From positions 7,486-71,485 of the forward strand of contig MCFE01000460.1 in NCBI GenBank assembly GCA_002104905.1: 64,000 nucleotides of DNA. Direction: 5' to 3'. Below are positions 13,660-27,200 of this stretch, piece after piece. This stretch comes from Basidiobolus meristosporus CBS 931.73. Its lineage: Eukaryota > Fungi > Basidiobolomycota. The first letter of the stretch is position 1. Each line of letters starts with the position of its first letter. The translations under genes were made by a program, and so were the position numbers. Under the pieces are notes generated by a model that had not been told where the DNA came from, searched no databases, and worked only from the letters and a program-made list of their open reading frames with translations.

Positions 13660-15250
13660 ATCTGAATGTCCATAATGTATTATATTTTGTATCTCATCCA
13701 CACTGTACATTTCCAATCAAAGTTTCACCCGACATTCATAAAATGGAACATATTCAAGAGTCTGTTCAATTGGTAATAAAGATGCCCAACATACAAGCAA
13801 TTCACAGGCACACTGTGGTTAGTACCGTGGAAATTCGGCATTTTTACAACCGTCCCGCATAAACAGGATATACAATGTTCCCTTTGGTGTAGCCACGGTA
13901 TAATAGGGTAGTCGATGCTCAACCGGAGTCGAAATGAATTGCAGCCAGCCGAATCAACAAACAATATTAAAATGATGAGATGTGTTGTAACAAATATGGT
14001 ATCAGGCGTGAACTGAAGCCTGAACGCCCTTCACTCCTGCAGAAAATCATATGAATAGATCAGCCAGTACAAACTCTAGGCAATAACCGGTTGGCAAAGT
14101 CAAGCTGCAAATGCTTAGTCACGATACTGGCATATTTAGGAGATGGTTTATGATATTGGGGTGTCTCAGATTAGCAACCACCTACATTGATTGTGCCGAT
14201 AAGCAGACCAGCGAATTTCTAGGCCACTATGCTACGACATCCTACATATATCATAGTGCATTCTTCGTAGCATTTATGAGACCAATGGCCAACTCCATGT
14301 GTAGAAGTGAAACCTGGCAACACCCTGAACGTTTTGGTTGTCAATGACATAACCAAAGTTTATCTCAATTCTAATTCCACTTGGGGCCCAACCACAACGC
14401 TTCGCAACACACCATTGCCACACACTGTTCGCCGCTCAAGGATTGTGTGTGTTCTCGATCAGCCAATCCCTGACAATCGAATCCATGTTTCTTCAAGTCA
14501 CGAGGTGGTAGAGAGAAACCTCATCTAGTACAGAACCGAGGCCCGCTGTTTAATGGGTGCTAGCTGGCCACACTAGCTTGTGGCTATTGCGTTTATTATT
14601 GTTCCTTCCCGCTGGAGCCGTCCAAAACCTTACTGTGTGAGGTTAGGGCAGTCAGGTTGAGCGCGGCCCCTTTCAACGCAATAATGAAGCGCTGTTTCGT
14701 GTGACGCACGGGAATGTGATTATTTGAGAGAGGGTTCTTATTTCAGAGCTCGCCCAGGGCAAGCGGAGATACTATGAACTATCGTTCACCGTCGTTCGGT
14801 TGGCTGCCATATCCGCCACGTTACACCTTGCCTCGTAACCGAAAGCGCACCGGCAGCTTTCAAACTCAACTGTGGGACACGCTCTCGAAAACAAGTCCCG
14901 GAATATTGGTTGTGCCAGTGAGTACACCATTGGTTGGCGTTGGATAAGAAGGATGATCATAAAAATGTTCAGAGGCGCCAGGGTATTTGTCGAAGCGCCC
15001 GCGGTGATGCTTCAAACAACCGTGTAGAACACAACGTGCTTCAGTACGTACACCCCTTGGAGACTCGGATATCAGCCTGGACAGCTATTGGGACCTGGTC
15101 ATCAACGGGAAGCGCGTTCGTGGCCTCACCTATCCTATTGGTGGTGGGGGGAGGCAACGGGGCTCGCGAGCCCAGAAGAATACAACGAAGTGGTTTCTTA
15201 AGATAGTGGGGTTTATTCGAAAAATTCCGGTACAAAATGGGAATACAAAA

Positions 15251-15580
15251 TCAGAGGTTCAGCTCCTCGCAAGCCTTCTTGGCCTTCTCCTTGTCCTTGG
15301 CGCTCACGGAGTTCCCAGAGCCGGTGGACTGAAGGGAGCATGTGGCGCAGTCTTCGAAGTTGTCAAAATACTTGCTTGTACACAGGCAATCCTTCAGCGC
15401 CTTGCGGGACAGCGCGGTGTTGGTGCTGGCCTTCTCGATTTTGCTCTTGCACCCGCCGCCCAACGCCTGGAAACATCTGCTGCACTCCGGGGACGAGGTG
15501 AACTTCAACCCGCTCGAGATGGTAATCATGGAGAATATCAAAAGGGTGGCTAGGATGAGGAGGAATTTGGAGAAGCCCAT
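15251..15580 (-). CDS. Small secreted cysteine-rich protein (109 aa, 8 Cys)
   Basis: Hydrophobic N-terminal signal-like segment (MGFSKFLLILATLLIFSMITISSG). Cys pattern CxxC..C..CxC..CxxC..C. GC3-rich codon usage. Confidence 0.8.
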   Translation of the reverse strand: MGFSKFLLILATLLIFSMITISSGLKFTSSPECSRCFQALGGGCKSKIEKASTNTALSRKALKDCLCTSKYFDNFEDCATCSLQSTGSGNSVSAKDKEKAKKACEELNL

Positions 15581-16595
15581 GGTCGATCAGTATTATGCTA
15601 GTGGTGGAGTGTTTGCTGTGGTGGTGTAGGTCTTGGTGTAGCATTTATAAACCTCCAACATCCCTGCGAGGATGACCAGGAATCTTCTTTCCTGCAGTCC
15701 TTCAAATTAGTGATGGTTCTAAGGAGGCTGCAGACGCCTCAATGGTATGCGATTTCATGACCTGATCTGCGTATATTCCATGAACCCTTGATTGAGATCC
15801 ATCTCGTCTCGTTGTCTTGGACGAACAAAGGTTGGATTTTCCTTTGTGGAAAGCTCGAATCAGTTACACCACATGCCGAAATGAATCTTCTCAGCGCATC
15901 GATATGCAAGGGAATTTGACCAAATCTTCACCGAAGATCCATGGGGACCTCCTGATTTCTCTCTTGAACCTGCTTCGGCTCCGTGAAAGATCCCATCAAG
16001 CATTGGCAATTTGCTGGGATCCTGCAGGACGCTGCGCCGAGAGGAGGTTAATATGCGCGGCTACGCTGGATGCTCAACGACCAACCGTGACCCACTCCTC
16101 TCTTTGTGTCTGTTGAATGCTCATTTGGCCATTTGCGTACATCCTCATGAAGGCAAAATTCATTTCACTGCAATACGACGTATCTGTATGCAAATCTACT
16201 GTATGTGTGCCGAGCAACCAAATGATCTAACGAACTGCATCCCGCATACTCTTCGAGTGGGAACGGCGAGCACCCACAATTCGAGGCTGTCATGCGTCCG
16301 TGTGCCGAAAAGAAAATCGCTGGAGCTTCTTCGGTCGTGGTCGAGTTCCCTGCCCTCTGTAGGCCACCCAAAGATTGCTCGTTGCCCAGGTGAAAAAGGC
16401 GGATCATACCAGGTGCTCCCCTCACCCTGATCCCCAAGAAATAACAATCGGTCCTTCATGTTCATTATAATAAACCACTTTAATCAATAGAGCATTATCT
16501 AAAATATATCCAGCTAAGCTATGGTCACTACGCTGTGTTCAAGGGAGAAGAAGCATCGGCAGTAACGCCGCCCAGTAAAGGGCGCTAAATACAGG

Positions 16596-16974
16596 CTAGT
16601 GTTCCATTTCCTCCTCCACACCGCGGATGTACAACACATTGTTGCATCTATAGGGGGAGAGTTAATGATCAGAGGTCGGGAGCGTAGGAACAAGGGAAAA
16701 TATACCTGATCAGAACTTCGCCAAGGGCTCCGGTGGAGGCGCCGTCGGTGAACTCCTCGGTGTTGGCCAACTGGATGTTCATGTAAGAATCCACGGAAAC
16801 CAAGAATCCCTTGTATTCAGTGCCCCATTTGAGGTGAACGATGACCGGCTTTCCGGTGAGTTCTTGTAGGTAAGGACGGGGGTTGACTGGAGCGAACTAG
16901 AAACAGAAGAAGTACACGCTTAGTTTCACGAGCGAACCGTTCTCAAGGATCAACGTGTTCCTTACCGAGGCCAT
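16596..16974 (-). CDS. SNRPF: Small nuclear ribonucleoprotein SmF (3 exons, too short for the ORF track)
   Basis: Spliced translation [83 protein letters not shown], with GTAAGG..TAG and GTATAT..TAG introns. Confidence 0.93.
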
Positions 16975-17712
16975 GTTTTGAAGAGGAGAGAACGATTAAA
17001 GTAAGCTTAGATTGAACGTAACTTGTACGTAGGGAAATCCCCAATCACCTCAAATATCACTTCAGGCGCGTAATCCAAACTTCGCCATTTTTGGCTTGGT
17101 GATGAAAAAAAATGAAAAATTTCTGATGATGCGTCTGTGTAAATCGGTTTAGTTCGATATGGGGAACTTGGTGTTAGCTTGTGGGTTGCTCCCATGGAAT
17201 GCTTAAGTAGTGGATTAAAATTATGCAGGTTACATTAGGGTTGGCCATGCTTCCTTATAACTTCTCGATGCACTAATATCATTTGGCAATAAGTGAAGGC
17301 CCGCTGGATACTTGGTGTGACTGAAGCAACGTGCTGGCTCCTTTACGGTGGCTTGCCTGCTTCGCTTGTCTATTCCTCTTGCCCCCGTGAGCACTTCGGC
17401 CAACTGTTTTACGCATTGGAGGCGAGAAAAGATTGTGTGATGCGTGTACCGCAAAGCGGTGTCTTAGCAGGGGGCTGCTCCTTTTCAAGACGAAATTCCT
17501 TACGGGAAACGTATCCCCTCGAGAGGAACACTTGTATGTCATTCTCATTGACTTTCCTTTAATGATTATTTGAGATGATACTGAATCAGCTATCTTGGAT
17601 AGTAAGAAGGATGATACACTGAGGTCAAGTGTTTACGCGGATGGTGGTACATTGATTACTATATTCAACTTGGATGTGACTAAGCATTTACAACAGCGGA
17701 CGTACATAACAC

Positions 17713-18396
17713 TTAGGAGGTACTGGCTGATAGTTCTGAATTCGTGGTGGCAGTTAGCGAGGAGGTTTCGGAGTCAGTGTCCGTGCCCACAACCTTCTTG
17801 TTGTAGTAGGTTTGCTGGCTCTCGTTCAGTCTCTCCAGTATGATCCTAATCTCGTAGACATTGCCCAAGCTGAGCCTTTGCTCTTTCAAGGAGGCTTCCC
17901 AGCGTTTGAATAGCTCGACCATCTTTTTCCAGTCGCTTTTTTGGTAGCTCATCATCTCACCAAGCTCCTTGCCATGCTTCAGCCAAAACCCTTTCCACTT
18001 CTCCCCCAATAAGCCTGTGAACCTCTCTCGCTTCAGCTGGTACCGCTCACGATCCGTGCAGATGGAGAAGTATCCGCTCTCGTGCAAGCCGAAGGCTTGA
18101 GGAGATCTTACAATCGACAGTGTGATCGAGGTCAACAGGGTGAATCGGGCGGTGACACTCAACTCAGGGGAATGGAATTGCTCATACCAAGCAACCAGCT
18201 GATCCACTTCCTGAGTGACACGGGGGTTCTGCCCAAAACGTTCAGTCGAATAAAGAATGAGCTGCCGAATGTCAGCGTGCTTGTTGCTGGCCTTGATCAG
18301 TAATATCTCTAACTGTGCACGGGGAAGCTTGCTGATCCGATTCAATATCTGGCTATTTAAAAGGAGGTTTTTTTCCCCTTCATTTAGCAAATCCAT
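17713..18396 (-). CDS. Uncharacterised predicted helical protein (227 aa)
   Basis: ATG-initiated 684-bp ORF with amphipathic-helix-like composition; no family recognised. Confidence 0.6.
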   Translation of the reverse strand: MDLLNEGEKNLLLNSQILNRISKLPRAQLEILLIKASNKHADIRQLILYSTERFGQNPRVTQEVDQLVAWYEQFHSPELSVTARFTLLTSITLSIVRSPQAFGLHESGYFSICTDRERYQLKRERFTGLLGEKWKGFWLKHGKELGEMMSYQKSDWKKMVELFKRWEASLKEQRLSLGNVYEIRIILERLNESQQTYYNKKVVGTDTDSETSSLTATTNSELSASTS

Positions 18397-19879
18397 ACTT
18401 TGTGTTCACCTGGTGTCGAATTGGTGAAGGGGTCTCTGCTGGACTTCTCTCCTGGGTAGCCTACGTTGGTCTAAATCCAGCACTGGGGTGTTGAGCAGGT
18501 CAAGTCGGCGGGTCTATGTCGCGGCGGTTGCTCGTTGCGGTGGGCTATGATACGCTTCTCTAGGTGGTGATGGTGTAGCGGTGTTCTATAGAAATCTTGA
18601 CCTACAGGAAGTGACAACGGGTAACCTCTGGTAGTGGTGTCAGAGCCAGACAAAAAGAGAAGATCGAGAGTTGGGAGTAGCGATGGCCAATATATATGGG
18701 GGAGAATCTCGCATCACTCTCGTCCCTAACTTTCTGAATGGCGTAATGAATAGGGGATAAGTCTGAGCTGGATCGACTGCCAAATCCAGTTGTGGAGTCA
18801 CATCAAGGTAACATGGAGATGGCGTTCCTACATATCATTTCCTTATACCCATCCCAGAATGTTCCAAATCATGGCCCTGCATCTGACCGGTAATGAGCCG
18901 CGTATCAGAGGAGGTCTGATAGAAAACACCACCACAGACGATAATGTGTCTAAGGCTCTGGTTGGCATCATGGCCGCTGACGCTTCTTTCAGCGGATACA
19001 GTTGGACGGGATGCTACGGTAAGCTTGCCTGCCGGCCATCGACTCGGACAGAGCGCTCCTGTGTCCCCGGATACATATTTCTCACGTGCAAGTATTCAAT
19101 CCAGCTGATGAGGATAGTCTGTCTAATTTGTTTCACGAGAAGGTGGTTGGTGGAGCTGACGGGTGAAACAGCGATGTCAAATTGATCCGACACAGCATTG
19201 CACCTAATCCTTGCCCATTCTCGCAACAACCCTTACGATTCCATTTGGCCGAAGCCTATTTTATGTAAACGATCCAAGTAGGCCAGTCAGCTTATCGAGC
19301 GATACGAGTGACACCCCGATATAAGATTCTCTTGGGCCAATCCACACACATGCATGATGAAAGCTTGCGATATATCTGCATCTCAATCTCACTCAGAGCA
19401 CCACGTTTGCCACCCCTAGATCCCACACGGCTCGCTCGATCGAGGAGGGATGGCGCCACCACTCACATCAGCTGGAGCTACCTGCTTGCTTCTGTGTGTG
19501 CGAAGCGCTGGATGTTCTAGCATGTGAGACTTGAATGGCTTGGATCGAAGCAACATCCGCCATGCCTCTGGCAAGTGCTTTTCTGAACATTGTGCAGGTA
19601 TGTATCGGTCTGCATCATGCAAAGCCCCGACGAAGGGAGCCCGAATACCACATTTATTGTATACTTCATTCTCCGTCAGAGACTCGACTCCCTCCTATGA
19701 AACAATACACCACCGTTGCAAATCTGTTTCTTGCGGATTTATTTCAAACCTTGAAGGAGAGCCGGGTATCTCGCAGGAGCAGTGCCGAACGTTTACTAAC
19801 GTTCGGCGTCACAATGAAATCGGGGTTATGCGCAAGAAATGTGGTTGACAGGTGGTGGCAGCCGCTCAGTACAAGAACC

Positions 19880-20619
19880 TCACTTCAGGTGGGCCAGCCT
19901 AACTCTGCTGAGAAGCCCCAGCAGGATCAGAGCAACCACTGGATACCACACCCACGATTGCTGGAAATGGCTGACCATCCAATCGGATTGAGTGCCAAGC
20001 AACGAGTTTATCCACAGGATGGATAATATAAAATATCCGAGGAGCCTGTGTCGTTTGTACAATTTTCTCGCTCTCCCCTGATTTCCAAACAGGGCTGGGA
20101 ACGAATGTAAGGCCATGCCGAAAATGATTTGGCCGAGAATCAGCAGCACCGCACCCAAGCCAAGCCTGCCATGCCATGATGTAAAGTGTGGCTTCGAAAA
20201 AAGCATCTTGTTAATGAAGATGACCGCCACCCCGGTAACGCCCAGAGCCCCTCCCCCAAGCATAATATACCGATGCCATATCGTCGCGCCAGGCTTACTC
20301 TGAGAATTGGTCTTTTGGAGCAGTAGTACGGCTATTTCGGGTCAGAGGGAATCAAGTGGGTTAGTCGATGGAGCCGCTGGACGGGGATGTGGGGTGACCT
20401 TCTCTTACCTTCGGATACAAGCACCAAGGCCAGGGACATCAGGATTGGGTGCCATGAAAAGAGAATCCATTTAGCGTTCGCTATGATTCCCCCAATACCA
20501 ACAAGGAAGGTGAATAAGAGAAGCTGGATGCCTGAAAAGGTCCAGCCGAACCTCGTAGGGCTCTCAGCTACGCCGGGAGAACCCAGCAAAGGTGTGGAGG
20601 CTGAAGCTTGCTCTGCCAT
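19880..20619 (-). CDS. Cytochrome b561 family transmembrane protein (2 exons)
   Basis: Heme-ligand motifs LFSWHPILM, WHRYIM, HFTSWHGRLG and YKRHRLLG, with multiple TM helices. Confidence 0.88.
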
Positions 20620-22333
20620 ATCTTCAAAGCTTTCTCCAAAGAGCGGAATCAATCAGATATGGGGAAACAACTGCTTCCCCTCTGAATTTAAGTTCTTATT
20701 CACTTGCACCCACCAAAAATCCTCATCCATGCATTGTTCATGACTAATTCAATCTGAATTTTTCCGGGCTTGAAATACGTAATTTGGTAGGGATTATTTG
20801 CAATCTGTCCAAATTGGCCTCTTGATTCGCTTGAAACGCTGCGCTGTCTCAGTGGATCGATCCTGCTTGAACGTGGATTATCAAATGTTGCTAGGTGGGT
20901 ATTGAGCCGAGCAATCAAGGAGCTAGAGAGCCTCGCGAGACCAGCCATATGTAGCGGAGGGTGCATAGGAAGGAAAACAAATATGTGCTCTCCTTCAGAT
21001 TGCTGGAGGGTGCAGAAGCCTCGGAGTTGTAGCCCTCTCCAGTGTGTTTCAACTGGAATTGGAAGTTCGTTGTAACACGCAATACTGAAGAGTTCTGGCA
21101 ACATCAGAGACTTGCATCATTACTCAGAATGCCAGCAATTTGGTGGACATGCCGAATCAGCGGTTGGCCAATCATGCTTTACAATGGGGGATGCTGGGCA
21201 TTTTCGCTGAAACGACGCCATACATGCAAAAAACCCGTGACAACCCCTCTGCTGAGCGGAGATTCTCATTGGTTTAATCCTTTCAGACGCAGATCTGGTA
21301 AAGGTGGGAGGCCACAAGGCCAATATCTGGGATACGGTTCGGATTGCTTATCAAGCATAGGTATGAAAGCTAACAAATCTAAAACCTACTATGTCCGGGG
21401 CATTCGTAAATACATGCAAGCGATTCGCGCACCCGAAATCATTCAATAAATGGGTAGTTCAGCGTTCGGAATGCTGCGGACTATGTTTGATGGCATTCGA
21501 TACATTGCATCGAGTCTTTCTTGAATAGCTCATAGTATTGGCTCCGTAGGACACAAGGAATCTCGACGCAGATGGCTCCTCTTGAGGCCTGCTCCCCAGT
21601 ATCTTGAATATGCGTTATATCACCTTTTCAATAGGCCATACGAAATGATTTGCTTCATTCATACATTTGAAATACAACGCTGAGGGTTCCGAGGGCGAGT
21701 ATATGGGCAAGTGGGATGGAGCTTTGACGACTTACCCAATGCTTAACACCAAAATACTCTAAAGAACAGAATACAGAGACAATTTTTTCAACTGAGCTGG
21801 CGATAGGCAAATGCCTTCGGACGGAGACAAACTCTTCGATTTTCCTGCCCCTTCGCAAATCTGTACCTTGTTGGAGTCTAGTATAGTGTGTTGAACAAAT
21901 TTCTTTATACTAAATTTCTGCTAAATTTCCCTTTCTGTGGGAGCAAACAGCAAATTAAAACGATATTATATTTACAAGTATCGCTAGTTCTAGCTAAGAA
22001 CATACTTTGCCAACTCAAAGTAGGATGGAAAACCAGAAGTTTGGAGATTCTTTGACCTCCACAAGCTTCAAGCACTCATATACTGTTGTAAAAATTCGGA
22101 ATTCCACCTAAATATTCACCTAACTTAGTCACTTAGATCATTACCCTCAAATCCTAGAGAATACTGACCAAATTCCTTGCCAGGATTTACTTAGAATATT
22201 TTCACCAAAATACCAGGTACCCAGAACATGAAAATTTGATAAGTTGTCCAAACAGCCCCAAACTTTGCACACATGTTCTTGGGACCTTCCTTAACCTATT
22301 CTACGTGTTTGTTATGCCAAGACCAGGTAAAAG

Positions 22334-22361
22334 TATAAATACTACTTTTACATTCAATAAA
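22334..22361 (+). promoter_or_regulatory. Putative LTR TATA box (TATAAA 22334-22339) and poly(A) signal (AATAAA 22356-22361)
   Basis: Both hexamers recur at this position in the + strand LTRs at 26773, 57349 and 61665. Confidence 0.5.
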
Positions 22362-22432
22362 TCATTAAGTGAAAACCACATAATCTACTTGTTCTCCAAA
22401 TCACTTCCAATACCTCCAAGACTCTTACAACA

Positions 22433-22444
22433 GGTTATGAGCCC
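22433..22444 (+). other. Primer-binding site GGTTATGAGCCC (Ty5/copia-type, internal tRNA-iMet)
   Basis: Immediately follows the 5' LTR here and at 57681 and 1019-1030. Matches the known Ty5/copia PBS complementary to the anticodon arm of initiator tRNA-Met. Confidence 0.8.
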
Positions 22445-22599
22445 CAAGCTGTCACTCTCTGCAATGTCTACTACTGCTATTACTGGAATTTTCCCTCTGC
22501 TGAAAAGCTGGATGGATCTAACTACCAAGTGTGGAAGGTGAAGATGAAGATGCTGCTACAAGAAAGAGGCCTTTGGGATATTGTTATGGGAGAAGAATG

Positions 22600-22949
22600 T
22601 GTTGTAAGAGTCTTGGAGATATTGGAAGTGATTGGGAGAACAAGTAGATTATGTGGTTTTCACTTAATGATTTATTGAATGTAAAAGTAGTATTTATACT
22701 TTTACATGGTCTTGGCATTACAAACACGTAGAATAGGTTAAGGAAGGTCCCAAGAACATGTGTGCAAAGTTTGGGGCTGTTTGGACAACTTTGAGAATTT
22801 TCATGTTCTGGGTACCTGGTATTTTGGTGAAAATATTCTAAGTAAATCCCGACAAGGAATTTGGTCAGTATTCTCTAGGATTTGAAGATGATGATCTAAG
22901 TGACTAAGTTAGGTGAATATTTAGGTGGAAAATACAAATTTTTACAACA
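22600..22949 (-). mobile_element. Solo LTR of the same Copia family inserted in reverse orientation into gag, with 5-bp TSD GAATG
   Basis: GAATG at 22595-22599 and 22950-22954. The uninterrupted site GAAGAATGCCCTCC is seen in the copy at ~57840. Confidence 0.95.
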
Positions 22950-25900
22950 GAATGACCTTCTAAAAACGTGGGAGAGGAAGCCTTAAAGTACCAGAAGAAA
23001 GAACAAAGTGCCTTTAACTGCATTTGCCTTAATGCCAAGGACAAATTGCTAATTCAATGCTCAAGAGCAAAAACGGCAAAGAATGCCTGGAAAGCATTGG
23101 AAGACACCTACCAGCCATGTTCAGCTGCCAAGAAAATGTATCTGAGACAAAAATTCTTTACCACAAAGATGCTGCCAGGAGAAGAAATGAAAAATCCAAT
23201 TAACCAAATTACCCTGCTGGTAGATAAAATGGAATCTGTGGGTGTACCAACTACTGATGAGGCTGTGTTAGTTACCATCCTCCATAGCCTGACAGATGAG
23301 TTTCAGGGCCTTGTATCAGCCCTAGAGTCCAGAACTGAAGATTTGACCTTAAATTACATATATGGAAGGCTCCTGGATGAAGAATTAAGAAAATTAAGCG
23401 CCAATAAGAAGGAAGAAGAAAATGCTCTAATAAGCAATGATAACCAACAAAGGAGGTACCCAAGACCCTACAAAGGCAACAGCAACCTGTTTTGTAACTA
23501 CTGCAAAAGGAAAGGACACACATCAGACCGGTGTCTCAAAAAGAGAGATAATCAGCAAAAGAAGCCTGAATATGGAAATGCTGCAACAACTGAAGATAGA
23601 CTATTCATATCTGCACTAAATATGACCACAAACAAGGATTCTCAGACGTGGTATATTGACTCTAGAGCATCTCAACACTTTACACACCAAAAAGAACTTT
23701 TTACTCAATATCAAGAAATTCCAATTAAGAAGGTTTTCATGGGTGACAATAGAACCCTTGATGCAGTGGGAGAAGGAACTATCCAAGTAAACCTTAGAAG
23801 CAGTGAAGGAAGCCATACACTGACCTTTAAAGAAGTACTCTATGTACCAGAAATAGCCAAGAACCTACTCTCTATAAGTAAGGCCACAGCAGAAGGACTC
23901 AGTTTCAGTTTTGACAATTCTGGATGCAGGATCACTGATCAAAATGGTGCCCATATTGCTTTGGGCATCAGAGATCAGAATCTATACAAGTTGACTTATA
24001 TTCCATCATATTTGGAAGCCAAAAGAAGCAACTTAAATGAAGAAACACCAATGCTTTGGCACAGGAGATTTGGACACATCAATTTTGGTTATTTGCACAA
24101 AATGATCAAAGATCAGCTAATTTCTGGAGTAAAAATTGATCCCCCAGCTAATTTGGAGCACTGTGAAGCCTGCATATATGGGAAACAAGCCAGACAACTG
24201 TTCAAGAGCTCTGGGTTAATCAAAACTAAGAAAAAATTTGATCTAATTCACTCAGATCTGTGTGGACCTATGCAAAATTTATCCTAGGCGGGATGAAGTA
24301 TTTAATCACTTTTATTGATGATTATACAAGATACACATGGGTCTACTTCATGGAGAGAAAGGAAGAAGCTCTGTCTAAGCTCAGGGAGTTTGAAGCCATG
24401 GTGGAGAGAGAAACTGGTGAAAAAATCAAGAAAATATGCTCTGACAATGGTGGAGAATATACCTCAAAACTCTTCATCCACTTCTGCAAGATTCATGGGA
24501 TAAAGCAAGAGACTACTGTACCATACTCCCCACAGCAAAATGGAGTAGCAGAACAAGCTAAAAGATCAATAATTGATATGGCAAGATCTATGATCCATGA
24601 TCAAAAATTATCCTATGATTTTTGGGCGGAATCAGTTGCCACTGCTGTATATCTTAAAAATAGGAGTTATAACAGAATACTTTGTGATTCTACTCCATTT
24701 GAAGCATGGTATGGATACAGACCAAGTGCAGAACATCTAAGAATATTTGGGTGTACAGCATATGCCAAAAAACTGGCCGGAAATCAGTCAAAATTTGAGC
24801 CAAAAAGTATAAAATGCATATTTTTGGGCAACTGCAATCAGAGTAAGGCATACAGACTCTACAATACCAAAGCAAAGAAGCTGATCAAGTCCAGGGATGT
24901 GTTGTTTGATGAAAATTCAAAATTTTCACAAAAAATGACATCAGATGATGACAAAAATTTGATCTAAAGTCTGCTAATTGTCAGGATTGAATCAGAGCAA
25001 AACAATGAGAAATTTTTCACTCCAGAGGACTCTACAACCATGGTTCAGCCAGAATCAGTGCCCAGGAATATCTCAGAAGTGATCATTCCAGTATCAAATG
25101 CCTGGAGATCCAATTGGACAAGAAATAGCCCAAATTACTATATCAATGAGGGTACAAACTTAGCCTATGCCTATTCAGTCCATGTTGATGAACCCCAGAC
25201 TGTAAAAGAGGCCCTAAATAGCCCTCAGACAAAATTTTGGAGATCTGCAATGACTGAGGAATATCAGGCCCTGATGGAAAATCAAATTTGGGACTTAGTC
25301 AAATTACCAACCAACCAAAAATCAATTGGATGCAGATGGGTCTTTAAGACAAAATACAAGGCTGATGGTACAATTGAAAGATACAAAGCAAGACTTGTAG
25401 CCAAAGGATACTCTCAAACAAAAGGACTTGACTATACTGAGACCTTTGCACTGGTAGCCAAGTTTAATTCCATCAGATTAATATTGGCTATTGCAGCCAA
25501 ATATAAGTTTTTTATTCATCAAATGGATGTAAAAGCTGCATTTTTGAATGGAGAACTTGATGAGAACATGTATATGGACCAGCCTGATGGGTTTGTTGAC
25601 CAAGATAACCCCCATTTGGTCTGCAAGCTTAAAAAGTCACTATATGGTCTCAAACAATCACCAAGAGCCTGGAATTGCAAGATAGATTCTTATTTGGAAT
25701 CTTTGAGTTTCAAAAGAAGTAATGCTGACTATAGTATATACTATAAGCCAGATAGAGCAAATCCAGTTCTATTAGCTCTATATGTGGATGATCTTATTAT
25801 AGCTACCAATAACCTAGAAACATTGGAAGAGACTAAATCCAGCCTATCTAAGGAGTTCAAGATGTTTAATCTAGGTGAACTTAATTACTACTTAAGGATT

Positions 25901-27200
25901 AAGTTCTCCATAGACAGAAGTACCCAGACTATCACCCTAAGCCAATCCAAGTATATTCAAGATATACTAAAGAAGTACAAAATGGAAGACTGTAAACCGG
26001 CAGCTACCCCAATGGAGACAAACCTTAATTTGGTCAGAACTCAACCAAATCAAGAGAGCTTGGTGCCATCTGAAAGCCCTGGCTTTCCTTATCAATCTAT
26101 GGCCAGCAGTCTGATGTATATCATGCTTGGAACACGTCCAGATATCTCATATTCAGTGGGAGTTGTCAGCCAACATAACCAGAACTATGGATCTGATCAT
26201 ATTGCAGCAGTTAAGCGGATTTTTAGATACCTAAAAGGAACTGCTGATATCTGCTTAAGATACACTTATAATGATTCAGAACAGGGTCTTGTGGGATACT
26301 CTGATGCTGATTGGGGACAAAATTTGGAAGACAGAAGATTCACCACAGGATACACCTTTCTTTACTATAAAGGAGCAATTTTATGGAATTCAAGAAAGCA
26401 ACCAACCGTAGCACTTTCTACCACAGAGGCAGGGTATATGGCAGCCTGTGAAGCTACAAAAGAAGCAATGTGGTTAAGAAAGCTGTTTACAGATTTAGGC
26501 CTATGTCAAAAAACACCTATTACTTTATTTCAAGATAATCAAGGATGTATACAATTAGGTAGAAATCCAACTTTTCATGCTAGAACCAAGCACATAGATA
26601 TTAGACATCATTTCATACGTGAAGCTATAGAGAATAACTTAGTTAGCTTAGTTTACTGTCCTACAGATGAAATGATTGCAGACATATTTACCAAACCATT
26701 AGCTAGAGACAAGTTTGAATATCTTAGGTCAAAATTAGGACTAGTCAGTATGAACATTTAGCTGAGTGGGAGTGTTGTAAAAATTTGTAATTCCACCTAA
26801 ATATTCACCTAACTTAGTCACTTAGATCATTACCCTCAAATCCTAGAGAATACTGACCAAATTCCTTGCCAGGATTTACTTAGAATATTTTCACCAAAAT
26901 ACCAGGTACCCAGAACATGAAAATTCTCAAAGCTGTCCAAGCAGCCCCAAACTTTGCACACATGCTCTTGGGACCTTCCTTAACCTATTCTACATGTTTG
27001 TAATGCCAAGACCAGGTAAAAGTATAAATACTACTTTTACATTCAATAAATCATTAAGTGAAAGCCACATAATCTACTTGTTCTCCAAGTCACTTCCAAT
27101 ATCTCCAAGACTCTTACAACAAGGGAAAGTTTGAAAATTACAGATAACTTCCTAGACTCATGGATTTTCAGAATTGGTTTACATCAGTTGACCTAAATCA

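Larger units (their letters stand above)
22084..27121 (+). mobile_element. Full-length but inactivated Ty1/Copia retrotransposon (5' LTR 22084-22432, 3' LTR 26773-27121)
   Basis: Domain order gag CCHC knuckle (CNYCKRKGHTSDRC), protease (WYIDSRAS), integrase (HRRFGH..CEAC, D-D-E), RT (QMDVKAAFL, YVDD), RNase H (YSDADW). Polypurine tract GAGTGGGAG at 26764-26772. Disrupted by a solo LTR in gag, a frameshift near 24285 and a TAA at 24965. Confidence 0.96.

Noticed and set aside
14641-14648. Isolated GGTTAGGG
   Set aside because: Single hexamer with no element tail next to it; expected by chance.
22314-22439. ATG inside the LTR, open and in frame with gag in several copies (MPRPGKSINTT...)
   Set aside because: It lies upstream of the probable LTR TATA box, so it is unlikely to be in the transcript. 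Conservation is explained by recent common ancestry of the LTRs.
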